A DNA stretch of 63,448 nt, filler included, from Asterionella formosa (Eukaryota): NCBI GenBank assembly GCA_002256025.1. It is 10 parts of 10 records of this genome, joined end to end, with 100 filler letters (N's around TTAATTAATTAA, not from the genome) between each part and the next. Parts side by side here need not be neighbours in the genome. Positions count along the whole stretch, not along the records: positions 36,671 to 37,800 come from NKIB01004145.1; positions 37,901 to 39,029 come from NKIB01004146.1; positions 39,130 to 40,258 come from NKIB01004147.1; positions 40,359 to 41,487 come from NKIB01004148.1; positions 41,588 to 59,764 come from NKIB01004149.1; 5 more parts are not named here. One strand, 5' to 3'. Below are positions 36,671 through 49,474 of the stretch, in pieces (position 1 is the stretch's first letter; each line of letters opens with the position of its first letter). The notes below the pieces were generated by a model, which worked only from the letters and a program-made list of their open reading frames with translations, ran no database searches and was not told the origin of the DNA. The position numbers and the translations under genes are program-made.

Positions 36671-37800
36671 GAAATACTTCACATAATTATTTGAAATACT
36701 TCACATAATTATTTGAAATACTTCAATTAATTCTGTAATTCAGTTCACATTGCCTTAAATTTTTGTTCACGTAATTCTATAATATAGTTCACGTAATTTA
36801 TTAAATTTTTTTACGTAATTTAAAAGTACTATCAAATAATGTTGATTACTAATTCAACAACCGGTATTTCACATTACATGGGAAACAAATCTCGATATGC
36901 AATCAAACAAAGCTGTTCTATCAGAATGGAATCTTCAGTCTTGAGAAGGCAGGCATTATGAGACATCTGTAAGGACATTGCAAGACAAGGAGAAGCCATT
37001 CATTCAGAAGGGGGAAATTATTCACTCTTGAACAGGCATCATTCTACGAAGTTGCAACATGAATGCATCCTCACACACTGATTTCCTTCTTGTACTTGAA
37101 ATGACTTCTTCATTGACCTGCAGAGATTTTCATAACAACAGTGTGTCAGTAATGTATATGATAGAACTAGCAACAGCAGAAAGCAACACACAGTTCATTC
37201 CGGACCTCATTGTCCCTGCCTGTTTTCAACAACAATGCGTGAGCTGACAAGCCATACTACTAGCATTTAGGTACACAACAAGAACACACTCACCATTCAA
37301 CTGTATTGCAGAGTTCTTTTATTTGAGTCGAGGATTCAATTGACATTGCAGCAATCTATGCAGTTACAGAAACAATGAGAAGGAATGACTTGTTAGCTAG
37401 TAGTCATGTTACATTGAAACAACGACACGCAATTCCATCTCCTAGCCCAATCACAGAGGGTCCAATTACATCTGATTCTCCAGTGATTTCGCCTATTGGC
37501 CGACCAACAGTTGCTACACTTCCTCCTGATGCACCCCCAGATTCATCTGCATCTCCAGTCGGTTCATCCTCTGCAAATGCATTGTTTCATAGATACGAAA
37601 TTAGTTATCATTTACTAACAGCTAGGTATATGTGTTACGGTTAGATCTCTTCCATTTCTCCTTCAAACTGCATCATATTTCTCCGAACACTACTACCCGT
37701 AGTAAGGTAATGTTCATAAGGTAGATGAACATTTTCTTCTCTTGCAGCAGCATATCTTCTGTTCAGCTCCTCAGTATGGCAAGCTCGTTCCCTTATATTG

Positions 37801-37900
37801 NNNNNNNNNNNNNNNNNNNNNNNNNNNNNNNNNNNNNNNNNNNNTTAATTAATTAANNNNNNNNNNNNNNNNNNNNNNNNNNNNNNNNNNNNNNNNNNNN
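37801..37900. other. Artificial contig linker
   Basis: N44-TTAATTAATTAA-N44. Confidence 0.97.
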
Positions 37901-38695
37901 GCCTGATGGCTGTGAGGGTTTCTTACGTATGAGGTATACCGTAGTATTTAGCAATACTATAATTATAATTATAGTATAGTACAAAGATGAGAAGAAATCT
38001 TTATTTCTACTGTATGTGATACTACCTAGTCTACCGGTAGGTAAGAAATAGCTAGCAGGTGCTAGCACCACTGCCTGGAAAAGTATTTGTCAATGTGAAT
38101 ACGGTATTGTTTTATTTTTACATGCCATAAAAACATACGACTTGCCTTTCATTTTCCTCAACTCTACTGCTGTGGTCTCCCTGAATATACCGGTACACAC
38201 CAAGGTACCTGGTACCTGGTACCAGGCAGTCCATCTCAGTATGTAAGGTAATTAACGGTACGGTGTTGCTCTTCTATTTGTTAAATACCGGTATGATGAA
38301 GTCTCATCCGTCTGTCCCAGGTACCAGGTTACTGTTCCTGGTACTGATACCGGTTCATGATTTATTGGATGGATATCATGCTACCTGGTACCAGGTACGA
38401 GGTAGTAATCATAAGCAACAATAAATATTACGGGTACCTGGTACCTGGTAGCAGGTACCTGGTAGACATGATATTCTATCATGAACCAACATGATTTACA
38501 ATTGTTGGCTCTGTGAACTTCCCGTCAGGCCACCCACCAGAACCCCCTTTTAGCTCGATGAGCCGGGCATGCTGAAGTTTTTTATTTTCGACCAGCAGTC
38601 CGCTTTCTACATATCGGTATACCTGATAAGTATCTGCTGTACTATCATTGACAAGCAAGCCTTTTTTGAAAGAATAAAATATATGATTATATGAT

Positions 38696-39029
38696 ATGGA
38701 GTCTGAAAATGATACTCGCGACGAAGATTTCGAACACAATGACCAAAAGCGAATCATGACAATTGGCTGTCCCGAGGCCAAACGACTCAAGTGGGAAGCC
38801 AAACAGACTAGAAAGGAAGCAGAGTTATTAAAGAATCATGAAAGAGAACAATGGTTTGCAAGAAACTCGTCCTTTTGTACGCGGTTGACTTTGCGAGACA
38901 TAGAGCAGGTGAAAAAAGAGAATTCAGAGCAGCGTCTTGCCAAATTTCTCGCTCCATTTATCAATCTGAAAGATGGGTCCAAAAATATCGTCGAAGGAGA
39001 GAATCTTTTCATAGCAGAAGGAACAGATA
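38696..39029 (+). CDS. SpoU/TrmH-family RNA methyltransferase, N-terminal part (truncated by contig end)
   Basis: LAPFINLKD...ENLFIAEGT matches the substrate-binding N-domain signature of TrmH-like methyltransferases. The catalytic domain is not in the window. Confidence 0.55.
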
Positions 39030-39129
39030 NNNNNNNNNNNNNNNNNNNNNNNNNNNNNNNNNNNNNNNNNNNNTTAATTAATTAANNNNNNNNNNNNNNN
39101 NNNNNNNNNNNNNNNNNNNNNNNNNNNNN
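39030..39129. other. Artificial contig linker
   Basis: N44-TTAATTAATTAA-N44. Confidence 0.97.
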
Positions 39130-40258
39130 GATGATCACTGAGTGTGTAAACGGTGCTACTTGATTGCTAGTGCACTAGCTGTCACTATGTACGGGTATAA
39201 TTTTCTGTCCAACGACAAAATATACCGGGACCAGATAGCTATAACTATATACTCCAAATATGTACATAACATACCGATAATAATACATCATAAATGTACA
39301 AGATGTAAAAGAGAGGTGAGGGTTGATTATTTTAACACGTTCTGACGCGTCGTTTGAATATAATAATAACCTTATTAAAGGAGCATGATACAGGTACATG
39401 CACACATACCGGCCGCCGTTACCTCGTGGTACCAGGTACCAGGGTACCAGGTAGTCTCCATTTCAATGGCAGAAGACAGCCAGCGATGATGGAGCAGAGA
39501 AAGTTGCGGAAAATAGGAAATTGAGCTTTGTTTTCCTCTCGGTAAAAACCGTCTTATACGGCAACTCCCAGGGTAGCCTAGTACCAGTACCGTTATGTAG
39601 TTAGATATGTTGTACGACTGCAATTGATGAAGCATCATTTGTATCATGAGGCGATGGCTGATCACGGCATGTGCCGATATGGATATCTACCGGTAATGAG
39701 TTTAGTTGCCTTTGGGAACATACACATATATATATCATTCCCGTATGTGGAGTATTATGTAGCCCCTAACTTTTATTTTAAATACCAGTACCACACAGCA
39801 TATTATGAATAGTTCGAGCTATTACTGATACCTGGTACCGTTACGGGCATGGAGACAACGGTATTAGCTCTTAACTTTTATTTTAAAAACCAGCACCACA
39901 CAGCACATTGTGAATTGTTCGAGCTGTTACTCTAGGCAGTACTGATACCAGGTACCAGGTACCTTCATGTTTAAATATGTTTGAATCATATATACATACT
40001 GAACATTGCTATGCATAACATACCGGTATGATGATACGCAGTTACTTTCAGTCCAGACGTCTATACTTTACCCGGAAGTACCAGGTACCTGTTCGACCCC
40101 GATCCTCTGCCTACTCGTAATACCGGTATATATAGAATTGTACGGTAGTAGCCCGCTAAAATTGTTATGACTTTTTCATTTTTGTGCTTGCAGTTTGTTG
40201 TTCGGCTGCTGCCGGCAAGTCATTTTTTCATTTCTATCATCGTCCTGCTGGTTGATTA

Positions 40259-40358
40259 NNNNNNNNNNNNNNNNNNNNNNNNNNNNNNNNNNNNNNNNNN
40301 NNTTAATTAATTAANNNNNNNNNNNNNNNNNNNNNNNNNNNNNNNNNNNNNNNNNNNN
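40259..40358. other. Artificial contig linker
   Basis: N44-TTAATTAATTAA-N44. Confidence 0.97.
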
Positions 40359-40385
40359 TCCCTGAAGATACTACAAGCAAGGCAA

Positions 40386-41477
40386 ATGGAACCGCATAGT
40401 ATGGAACCAGTCACACAAACGCAAACAGCAACTGTTGATGTGGAGACCACTGTATGTCAAGATCGACCCACCACCTTCAACGATAGTACAATGCAGTCTC
40501 TTGCTACAGATACTGAAGTCGATCGATTTGTTGACTCCCTCATACTTCCTGATGACTTTGTGCTTGATAGTGAAAGGACAAAGGTGATTTTCATCAAAGG
40601 TGTTGCAATGAAGCAGATCTCGGTCAAGGTTCTCCGAAAAATTTGCGTCAGATACAAAGTTTCTGGAAACAAAAATGCGAAGAAGGCTTTCACTGTTGCT
40701 TTGATTGCTCGACTTTTGAAGAGAGAAAGCTTGTCACAGAGGATATACCCTAGATCTTTCATTGTCAATGAATCAGACATTGAATTGGATATTGATAATG
40801 ATAATCACAAAGATTCATCAATTAATGATGAGGAATTCAAAGTCGATGAAGATTGCGAAGATGATAATGATGAAAGGAACGAAAAAGTTCAAGAGGCAAC
40901 AGCAGTGCAGCCACATGAGTCTTTGGTCGATCCTCAGTTTGAACAAGAGGAAGTGAACCCTCCTGTGAAAAAGGCGAAAAAGAATAAGGCACAGGCAAAG
41001 TCAACCCCTCCAGATGCTGTGACCTGTATAAACACATACTTACCACTGTTACCAAAATATGCCTTCCGTGAGAGTATAGACATTGACGATACTGCCACCA
41101 CATTGTCATCAAAATCAAAATCTTCAAGCAATTTCAGTGTTAGAAAGAAGGGAAGACATGCAATCTTGACGCAAAAACCTACATCATCTTCTCAAAATCT
41201 TGCAATTGCATTGGAATCATTTGAGAAGTCAAATGTTGCAAAACTCAGACTGCTAGAGTCTACAACTGCACCACGCAGAGAAAATGATCTACTGGATGTC
41301 TTGGATAAGTATAAGGTCCGACTAAGAGTTGCGCGGGAGGAACTGGAAGAACTCGAAAATAAAGATTATGACTCTTCAAGTTCTGACATTGTCCAAGCTC
41401 GTTTAGAAATTGCATTGTGTAAAAGAAAGCGTGATCAGGTCTTTAATCTCTTGTCTCAAGGTGACACATTGAAATGA
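40386..41477 (+). CDS. 363-aa protein with SAP/Rho_N-like helical motif, acidic linker and C-terminal coiled coil; probably a transposon accessory DNA-binding protein
   Basis: Intact ORF filling a 1129-bp contig. ISVKVLRKICVRYKVSGNKNAKKAFTVALI is helix-extension-helix-like, and PPVKKAKK is NLS-like. Confidence 0.55.
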   Translation: MEPHSMEPVTQTQTATVDVETTVCQDRPTTFNDSTMQSLATDTEVDRFVDSLILPDDFVLDSERTKVIFIKGVAMKQISVKVLRKICVRYKVSGNKNAKKAFTVALIARLLKRESLSQRIYPRSFIVNESDIELDIDNDNHKDSSINDEEFKVDEDCEDDNDERNEKVQEATAVQPHESLVDPQFEQEEVNPPVKKAKKNKAQAKSTPPDAVTCINTYLPLLPKYAFRESIDIDDTATTLSSKSKSSSNFSVRKKGRHAILTQKPTSSSQNLAIALESFEKSNVAKLRLLESTTAPRRENDLLDVLDKYKVRLRVAREELEELENKDYDSSSSDIVQARLEIALCKRKRDQVFNLLSQGDTLK

Positions 41478-41487
41478 ATATTTTTTT

Positions 41488-41587
41488 NNNNNNNNNNNNN
41501 NNNNNNNNNNNNNNNNNNNNNNNNNNNNNNNTTAATTAATTAANNNNNNNNNNNNNNNNNNNNNNNNNNNNNNNNNNNNNNNNNNNN
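41488..41587. other. Artificial contig linker
   Basis: N44-TTAATTAATTAA-N44. Confidence 0.97.
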
Positions 41588-43120
41588 CTCTCTCGCACCA
41601 CAGACCTGAAGTCCTCTTTACCCTTTTTCCTCTTCAGAGAAACCCGACAGTAAAAATTCTTGGCGCAACCCCAAGAATACTCGATTCCCTCTCCTGCAAG
41701 TTCACAGTGACATTTCGGCGTTCGGTCAACAAGTACTCCCATTTCCCTTCCCATTGACTGCAATAGTATCTCCTCTTCCTCGAAATCAAGACAGTTTCCC
41801 TTCAGCAACTTCAAAGAAAAGTCTTTCTGCACAAATCTAAATGCATCCTGCTTTCCATTCAACGTGTAGGTCTCCAATCTCAATTCGTCAATAAATCCAT
41901 GCTCCCAAAGTACCTGCAACAGACCCTTTGGTTTATTTTCCCATCCTTCAATAACTTTTGCTTTAGTCTCTTCAATTGGTAAGTTGTGTTCTTGAGCCTT
42001 AGAGGACTGTATTGCTTGCTTCTTACCCTTTGCTAACATTCCTCTTTGCCTTAGTTGTTTAAGGAGCTCATCCTTTGTGTATTGTCTTGTGATTGTTTGT
42101 CCTTCCAGTACCAAGTCATGGCGCTTTTGATCTCGTTCAACTTGAGTCATCCAGAATGGTCCGGTGTCATCTATTCTGAATAACATTGATTGCATTGATT
42201 GCGTTCGTCCTGGTTCCAGCTTAGGTAAGCGAGGTCCCTGGTAACCATGTATTTGCCATATTTCTCAACCGTTTTGGGCACCTCCATAGGACTAAGTCAT
42301 TCATTCCACATTTAAGCCATATTCTTTCTGACAGTTGTGCCTACAGGAGTGATCAAAAAGAAACAAGAAATCGAATTGAGGGTAGAGTACTTTGAGAACA
42401 TTAACGCAATCTTCGAGCTGCAATACCATGTGCTGATAGGACCAGTAGCCTTCTGAGTTTGCCCCATATTCGAACTCTCTAACAAATGATGTTCTGATGA
42501 TTCATCACTCCCCCCTAGCAATAATAGTCTACTAGTTGCTTCTTTCCCTTCTTCTTCTACTCCTTCTTGTTCTTGTTCACTTGTCCTTTTCCTTGAATTT
42601 AATTCATCTCCTAGACCAGGCATAGTAATTTTACTATTTGAATCAAAGGCTGTATGTAGAGTCACTTCTTTCTCTAATAGTTGAGGTGAATTACTACTAC
42701 CACTACTAGATGAATTTACGTGGTGACCATCACGAAAATTTTGACCATCTAACCCCAGCTTCCATTTCTTAGTAGCCTCTTCAATGGAACACATTTGTCT
42801 TCCCATTCAGATGAATTATCATATTCAGGAAGCTTAGGAACCTCTGATACTGACTTTCCTGTAACGTAAATAAATCTTTGCCTTCTTTTGACTTTCGTTT
42901 GATACTCATGTCGAAATACCATCACCTTCTTGCCTGTGGAAATTGTGACCTCGTTTGACTCCAAAGATTGATTTGGAAAAACCTTATTGAGATACCTTAT
43001 CAATCTATTAGTATTAAATTGTATGTTATCGCCAAAAGAGTACTTTTCGTGAAGATATTCCCTGAATTGATCGACCGGCAACCAAACATCATGAATGGCA
43101 GGGTCACTGATGGCGTCCAT
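41588..43120 (-). mobile_element. Tc1/IS630-like DDE transposase pseudogene (diatom type), 3' truncated
   Basis: EFEYGANSEGYWSYQHMVLQLEDCVNVLKVLYPQFDFLFLFDHS (about 42350-42480), GWENKPKGLLQVLWEHG and DRTPKCHCELAGEGIEYSWGCAKNFY. The N-terminal piece is 42749-43120. Frameshifts and stops present. Confidence 0.85.
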
Positions 43121-43654
43121 AACAGATATTGCTATAACTTTTTAAATATCATGTGAAAAGTGATTCCCCAAAAGCATTTCACTCATGACTATACAAACGA
43201 AAATAAAAGCCTTCGGGGAATCACTTTTGCACAGGAAACGGCGGCGATGATGAGCAACATGGTGAGCCGATCGAAGCAAACAAATCGGCGCGATATTCCT
43301 TCCTACGGTAGGGATAAGGATAATATTTTGTACCAGCGCTACGTGGGCTACTATAATTGATGCGACCAGCCTTACCGTAGGGTATTAACTACCGGTAGGC
43401 AATTCACGAACTATGTATCGGCGCGCTTTTCGCAACTACCGGTGCATTGTTGCCTTTTCTGTCAACATTGAGTTGCTTACCGGACACTTTGACATTTACG
43501 TAGGTCAGATATGAACAGGCTACATACAATATATTCCACACACGAGTGTACCACAGGGCGGAATCCAGAATCCGTTCATATGCCATACCGGTACTTGATG
43601 TCGAAATCAACAGTACGACATCATAAATATTATTTATTATTTTTATCATTTGCA

Positions 43655-45164
43655 TATATATAGGAAAAAGATATTTCGTCCCCCTTTTTCGATATTTCGT
43701 CCTTCTCTTTTTGATCAACCCTTAAACCCTAGCCTACACCAGTACATCACCAATATTTTTTGCTATACGAAATCAGTTGGCTCGATGACACTATGTACCG
43801 TGACGGCTGCTAGTCATACACATGCACATCATTGCGTTCGAATTGACTCTGATGGCCTCAACCAAAGCTGTCAGTGCCTATTGAGGACAATACGGAGGAG
43901 GGACTGGACGACCCTGTACAGGCGTTCTACGGCGCTGTAATTCGACGATAAAGAGCGCATTTGCGCACTTGAACGATCACTCATCAACCCTCAGCATACA
44001 TGATGTCAAGGCGAGATTATTGTGAACCTCATCATCCTCGCTGGCTTCCATAAAAACGGATCTATTAGCGATGCAGAAAGCGAAGGAGAATTTGACTGCG
44101 ATTCTGACGATGGAGAAGTTGACCATGATGCTGAAATGAATGAATTGGTGTCTTTTGAAAACAAGGTTCTGGATTTTATAGATCCCAAAGGCCCGAGATT
44201 CACTATACTTAAAGGAGTTGAAGCCGTTGCATGGTTGAAGAAAAATATGAGGGACACGAGAACATTTAGGAAAATGTTGGTCATGACAAACTGACTCAAC
44301 GAAGCTTGTACTGACAGGGACATTTACAAGTTCGATGGGATCTTATCGATGAAAGTAACTAATGAAGTTGACAGGGACTTCAAAGGTGAAAGTGATAGTG
44401 ATGAAGATGAAGATGACAGTGACGACTATAGCTTGGACAGTTCCTCATCATTCCATGATGCCATGACTAATGACATTGTGTACCTTCAAGATTCATCCTC
44501 ATGCTGGGTCCTTCCAGATGCTACTTACTTCACAGTTGACTAAGCTCAACCATGGAAGGGATATGTTATATACACGGAAGTTCGAAGAATAACTGCTTGA
44601 CACTCTGTCAAGTGAGGAGGAGTAGAACAACGACAATTTTATAGAATAGAAAATTCATCGCTGTGGCAATTCGAAATGTTAAATAATGTAGGGGAGGGAT
44701 AAATAAGTGCTGCTGTTAAAATTTTCTCTTGAATTCCTCAATCAAGCAGAAGATGTATTGAATGAACATGAACGTGACAGTTACCCCACATTCCTATCAC
44801 CAGGCACACGTGCCCCTGGCATGATACCATACGTATCAGCTACCCCTTTGTCTCCTTGGCCTGTCCTGATCGCTGTTCATAGTCTTCCTACAGCTTACAA
44901 AGAACAATCTATCCACAAAAGATGCCGAAAATGTGTAAATCGTTGGAAGGGCAAGCTTTCCCGTGGTTGGAAAGTATTTCTGCTGCCAGTTCCATCATGA
45001 TTGCAAGTGTCATCAAGCCAACTGAGTTCCGTCTGGCAAAAAAATATTGGTGATAAGAACGACCCTTATATGAAGGCTATTATGTAAGATAGGCTACATA
45101 CATACCAGTAGGGTTTAAGGGTTGATCAAAAAGAGGGAGACGAAATATCTTTTTCCTATATATA
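43655..45164 (+). mobile_element. 1.5-kb non-autonomous TIR element in a TATATATA context carrying a pseudogenised acidic ORF
   Basis: Left end TATATATAGGAAAAAGATATTTCGTC...CTCTTTTTGATCAACCCTTAAACCCTA; right end TAGGGTTTAAGGGTTGATCAAAAAGAGGGAGACGAAATATCTTTTTCCTATATATA. The internal frame 44022-44543 is interrupted by one stop. Confidence 0.8.
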
Positions 45165-45188
45165 ATATACCGGTATTAGGTTCAAGCA

Positions 45189-46975
45189 ATTCCCGCTCCA
45201 GCTATCGTCTTGCCATTCGGATACTTCTAAGTAATTTTTAGTCTCTAAGTAATTTCTTAAGTAATTTTTATTTAAGGGCAATATGGGGCACAACGAATTT
45301 TTCCGCAATAAAATTGCCGATTTTAGCATGACAACCAAAATAACGGTAATATAAATAGAGATGGTACAACAAGCGTAAAACACACGAGAATGATTGTAAC
45401 ATGCAACATCAACGAAAATTGAACATGATGTTTGGAGCAACCAAAGTATGAAATGCGATATAATAAGTAGCATCAATGAGAAATAGAAAAAATTGTTTTG
45501 GGTTAGAAATGAAATAAAAAATAAGAGTTCCAATGGAGACGTATGCATTGTGAATCATTGTAGTACTTACACACCGCCAGGCAACATTGACTTTCCATCA
45601 CCACACAATCGAAGACCGAAATAACAAGGGAAAAGCTGAACCCAATCTTGAACTACATCGTTATGTAGCGTAAATGGTCTGGTTTCTGCAACCATGCGCA
45701 TCGCTGTAGTAGCCTGACACCAGTAGCAGTATTTCCGCAACAGTCATTCCTCTCCGCCCACCACCAAACAGGCAAACCTGATCATTCCATTCTGAGCAAG
45801 CATGATCGCCACGCTGCTCCAGCACTATTGACTCTCTCTAGCTACTAAGTATTCATGTAGCTTCTGATACGAACTCGTAGTAGAAATGTAGCAAAGCGCG
45901 TTAGTACAAGAAAAGCATTGCTTGGCGGCAATATTGACATCATTGCTTGTCAACGACTATACAAATCAACAAATACGATCAACAACGGCACAATACCACA
46001 TCTTCAATGAGTAGTCATTGATAAATGCATTGGTTCTTATGTAGATATATACAGTCGAAACAAAACGACAGTGCGGAACGACAAACAACGACGGAAGCGA
46101 TCAAAACAAACCACGGAAGCAATCAAATCGGAAAGTCGATAAATACGATCTACAATCCACATTCAGTATTTCACTGTTGTACTCACCGATCCGCTTCAAC
46201 TAGCATAACAAGCAGCAGAAGATGGGATAAATGAAAGACGAACGTTGCCTATTGCAAGCCCGAATAGAGCAAAGGCAGGCAAGATAGAGTGAGAACTATA
46301 TTTGTGAGGACGAAATCGGGCATACGGTACGTAAAATCAACGAATATGTGAACGATATAATTCAACATTTCAGGTCTCGTAAAAATAATACCGAGTCTAC
46401 AGAAACAATATTATAACGTGTTCAAAGTAAGCGTTAAAGCATAGCTTAAACCATGCATGGTTGTTTTTAGTACCACGTACGTATGTAGACTAGATGACTG
46501 CCGGTACCGGTAGAATATCCCTTAAGCATCACTACATACATGACCGGAGCAAAAACTTGAATATAAATTATTGGAATCTGTATAGTATATAAAATGGTTT
46601 CCTTAAGTAGACCCCTTGCCGATTTCGGCAATCCCAGGGCTGGAAAACCGAGGGGCAATTGGCGTCTGTTGTCTTGCCAAAATGCGAACATATGAAATAT
46701 AGAAAATATATTTTAATGATGGGCAATATCGGACCTTTGGGAATTTTCGAGGTGAAGATAGGAAATATACAAAATATATTTTATATGATGGGCAATAGTA
46801 GGCTAAAATTGACATTTATGCTAAATTTGTGGGCAGTAGGTGAGCGAATGACGCGACGATAGCTGGAGCGGGAATGGCCTCAACAATACCCTTCTCGGCG
46901 GCTACTTGCCTTCTCGTAAACATGTGTACTCGCAGGCAAGAGACCACCTCGGGCGTGTATTGCCTTCAGGAGCAT
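45189..46975 (-). mobile_element. Repeat family C copy with internal exon-like cargo
   Basis: 46325-46970 is a near-identical inverted copy of 58820-59764 apart from two indels. ATTCCCGCTCCAGCTATCGTC occurs in inverted orientation near both ends (about 45190 and 46855-46875). Confidence 0.65.
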
Positions 46976-47554
46976 GGTGATATGGTACATTACCTGTAAC
47001 CTGGTACCATGGTACCCAGGTACCAGGTGTATACCAGGGGCAACTCACCACGAAGTACTAGGCGATAGAATACGAAAATGATCACCTTACTACGAAATAT
47101 AGCTGTGCAATTGATGCTTTTGCTTTGGCTGTTACTATCACTCCAGCATGTAATGGGCGATAGAATACGAAAATGATCACGTGACTACGACAAATACCGC
47201 CCTTTGCAATTACTTTACCAGGAGGTACTAGTACCTGGTACCTGGTTCCTGCATCCACATGCTGATATACTGGGTAGTAGATCAACTGGTACATACATGG
47301 AGCATCGTTGGAAACACTGCAGCTTTGGTTTCATTACCAGAAGTTTCAGATTTTAAAAACGTAGGGGGAGAGGAAGAGAATCATGCAAGTAACATGGGTA
47401 GACCACATAAGGACTTCCCACAAATGCTCATACCACTGGACATCAATGTCCTTGACTCTGCCCGTTGACCACCCACCATTTACACAAATAGAACCTGATG
47501 AAGTTCCCCCATAAAAGTAGCAGCCCCCCTTCCTTATGAGTCAGAATAGAGGAA

Positions 47555-48072
47555 GGAAAGCGCAAGACAGGAACAATATATATTGAGCCGATTAGAGAGA
47601 GGAACGTTGGGTCACTGGCATGTTGAATAATAGATAGCATTGCAAAATTTGATAGTTAAATTATGATCCATTTCAATCTATTTTGAACAATGCTTGTGAT
47701 TAGAATCATGATCATGTTTACGATAGATTTACGATGAAACAATTTATATGATAGCGTAGAGTTGAGCTGATTTTAGGATGCATTGTAGTAATAATTTACA
47801 TTGGGCAATCACGAGAATTGAAAATAATATGAGAAGGTTTATGATGATGATGAGTAATGGCTGTGGTTGATCAGTTGATATACATTGTGTGATGATAATG
47901 TTCTTATTATCATTACACTTCAAGGTCAGTAAAATATTAATAAATCATCGTAGTTATAGGATACCTTGATCATAATTTTTGATCCAAAAATTATCATATA
48001 TACGAAAATCCTGTGCCACTTAGCGTACAATACCCTTGATCCTATATGCATGATAATTTTTATTTGCAGACG
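47555..48072 (-). repeat. Inverted copy of the 24582-25100 transposon end
   Basis: About 500 bp of clearly colinear reverse-complement similarity, ending TTTTTATTTGCAGACG|TA. Confidence 0.85.
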
Positions 48073-48869
48073 TAATTTAAATTCAAATTTTCCAAAAGGA
48101 ATGGCAACATTGCAGGGAGGTTCAGGCACTTAAAATTGCATCAAAGGTCAGTTGTTGATTGTTGAATTATCATGTATGGGGAAGAACCAGTGGTAGCAAC
48201 ACAAGAAAAATACAAGCAAGAACAGTGGGAAACCCTGCCACCATTAGCTAATGGAGAGCAAAGATTGAAGAAAGGGGCAAGCAAAGCAACTGACTCCATG
48301 ATACCAAATATGCCCAAACACTGAACTGCTGAAGTCGCCAAGTCTGCTTGATCAACATCACATGTGCTCATGGACTAAGCAAGTGGAATTGATTTGATTG
48401 CTCTTGTATCCAGACAGCAATGAATCCTCCCTAAGCAACACATATGAAGCAACCTTCCTGTGCACTGTTCATTGTTGCAGTTCAGCTGAATGCTGGAGAC
48501 GCCTTCTTGCATTGAAAAACCGCTTGAGTGATGGAAACATAGCCGATGACAGCAGAGCATACATAAAAATCACATAATCACAAGCACCATATCAAAACAT
48601 TATCATGCTTGTTGTTCTGCATTCTTTGACTCAACAGACTCAATTATAGTCTTGTCGTTATGGAAATGGCAGATTCTTCAACCCATGAGGCCTCGTTTTG
48701 CAATCTCTCCATCGAAAGTACTCCACAACGAGCCCTGCTATCGATGGTGAGAAGCGCGCCAATTGGAATTGCTGGTCAGGACAACCAATAAATGAAGCAA
48801 TTTTTCTTGTTGATTTTTTTAGTCGCGGAAAACGTCGAACAATTCCTTGATACATGGGGGCTGGGCAAT

Positions 48870-49035
48870 CTATATTTGATATGCTCCGTTTTTGGACTGC
48901 CAAACTACCTTCAATATTTTCAATAGCCCCTAGATTTGCCTGCCGAAAAGGACTACCGGTTTTTAGGAAATGGATTACTGACATCTATTGCCCCCCTATG
49001 GACTACCGTTTACTTAAGGAAAATGGACTGCCGAA
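48870..49035 (+). repeat. Family C subterminal block
   Basis: TTTTGGACTGCCAAACTA...CAATAGCCCCTAGATTTGCCTGCCG...GGACTACCGTTTACTTAAGGAAA is shared with about 55900-56045 and 57770-57910. Confidence 0.8.
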
Positions 49036-49392
49036 AATGGAAGGGAGTATAGTGCTCACGGATGTCGCGAAATCAGGTATTTTCTTGGTTGACCGAAAAT
49101 CCGGAAACTGTTTGAATTTCATCACGATAAATCTCGTGTTATCAAAATGACAATGTCGATCGCCGTTCTCTTCCTAGATAATTTTAATTCATTATCCCCT
49201 TTTTCGGATATGCTCAATCATATCATTGCTTAGAGCGTGAGCTATTGTAATGGCTGGTAGACGACTTGTGTGTAGTGAAATCCATAATTTTATATATTTA
49301 GCGTAATGACTCGATTCGGTTGAGTCAAAGCACGAGAAAACTACTAGGGAAATGTATCGGAAATATACAGATTAAAAAAAGAATACCGTATA

Positions 49393-49474
49393 CTTCATTG
49401 TCCTGGACCCCCAATGTACACTGCCGTGACTGAATTTGACTGATTTTACTTAAGGGGGGCCCAGGACAATGAAG
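49393..49474. repeat. 82-bp hairpin / mini-MITE with 20-bp arms (19/20 match)
   Basis: CTTCATTGTCCTGGACCCCC ... GGGGGCCCAGGACAATGAAG. Confidence 0.85.

Noticed and set aside
25228..37437. Shared ~65-bp segment (AACAATGAGAAGGAATGACTTGTTAG...) at about 25228 and 37371
   Set aside because: Real, but just another small dispersed TE fragment on different contigs; nothing further can be supported.
40386..43120. Two-gene convergent transposon or Fanzor/TnpB-type system
   Set aside because: The two ORFs are on different contigs joined by a linker, and I found no RuvC or zinc-finger TnpB motifs anywhere in the window.
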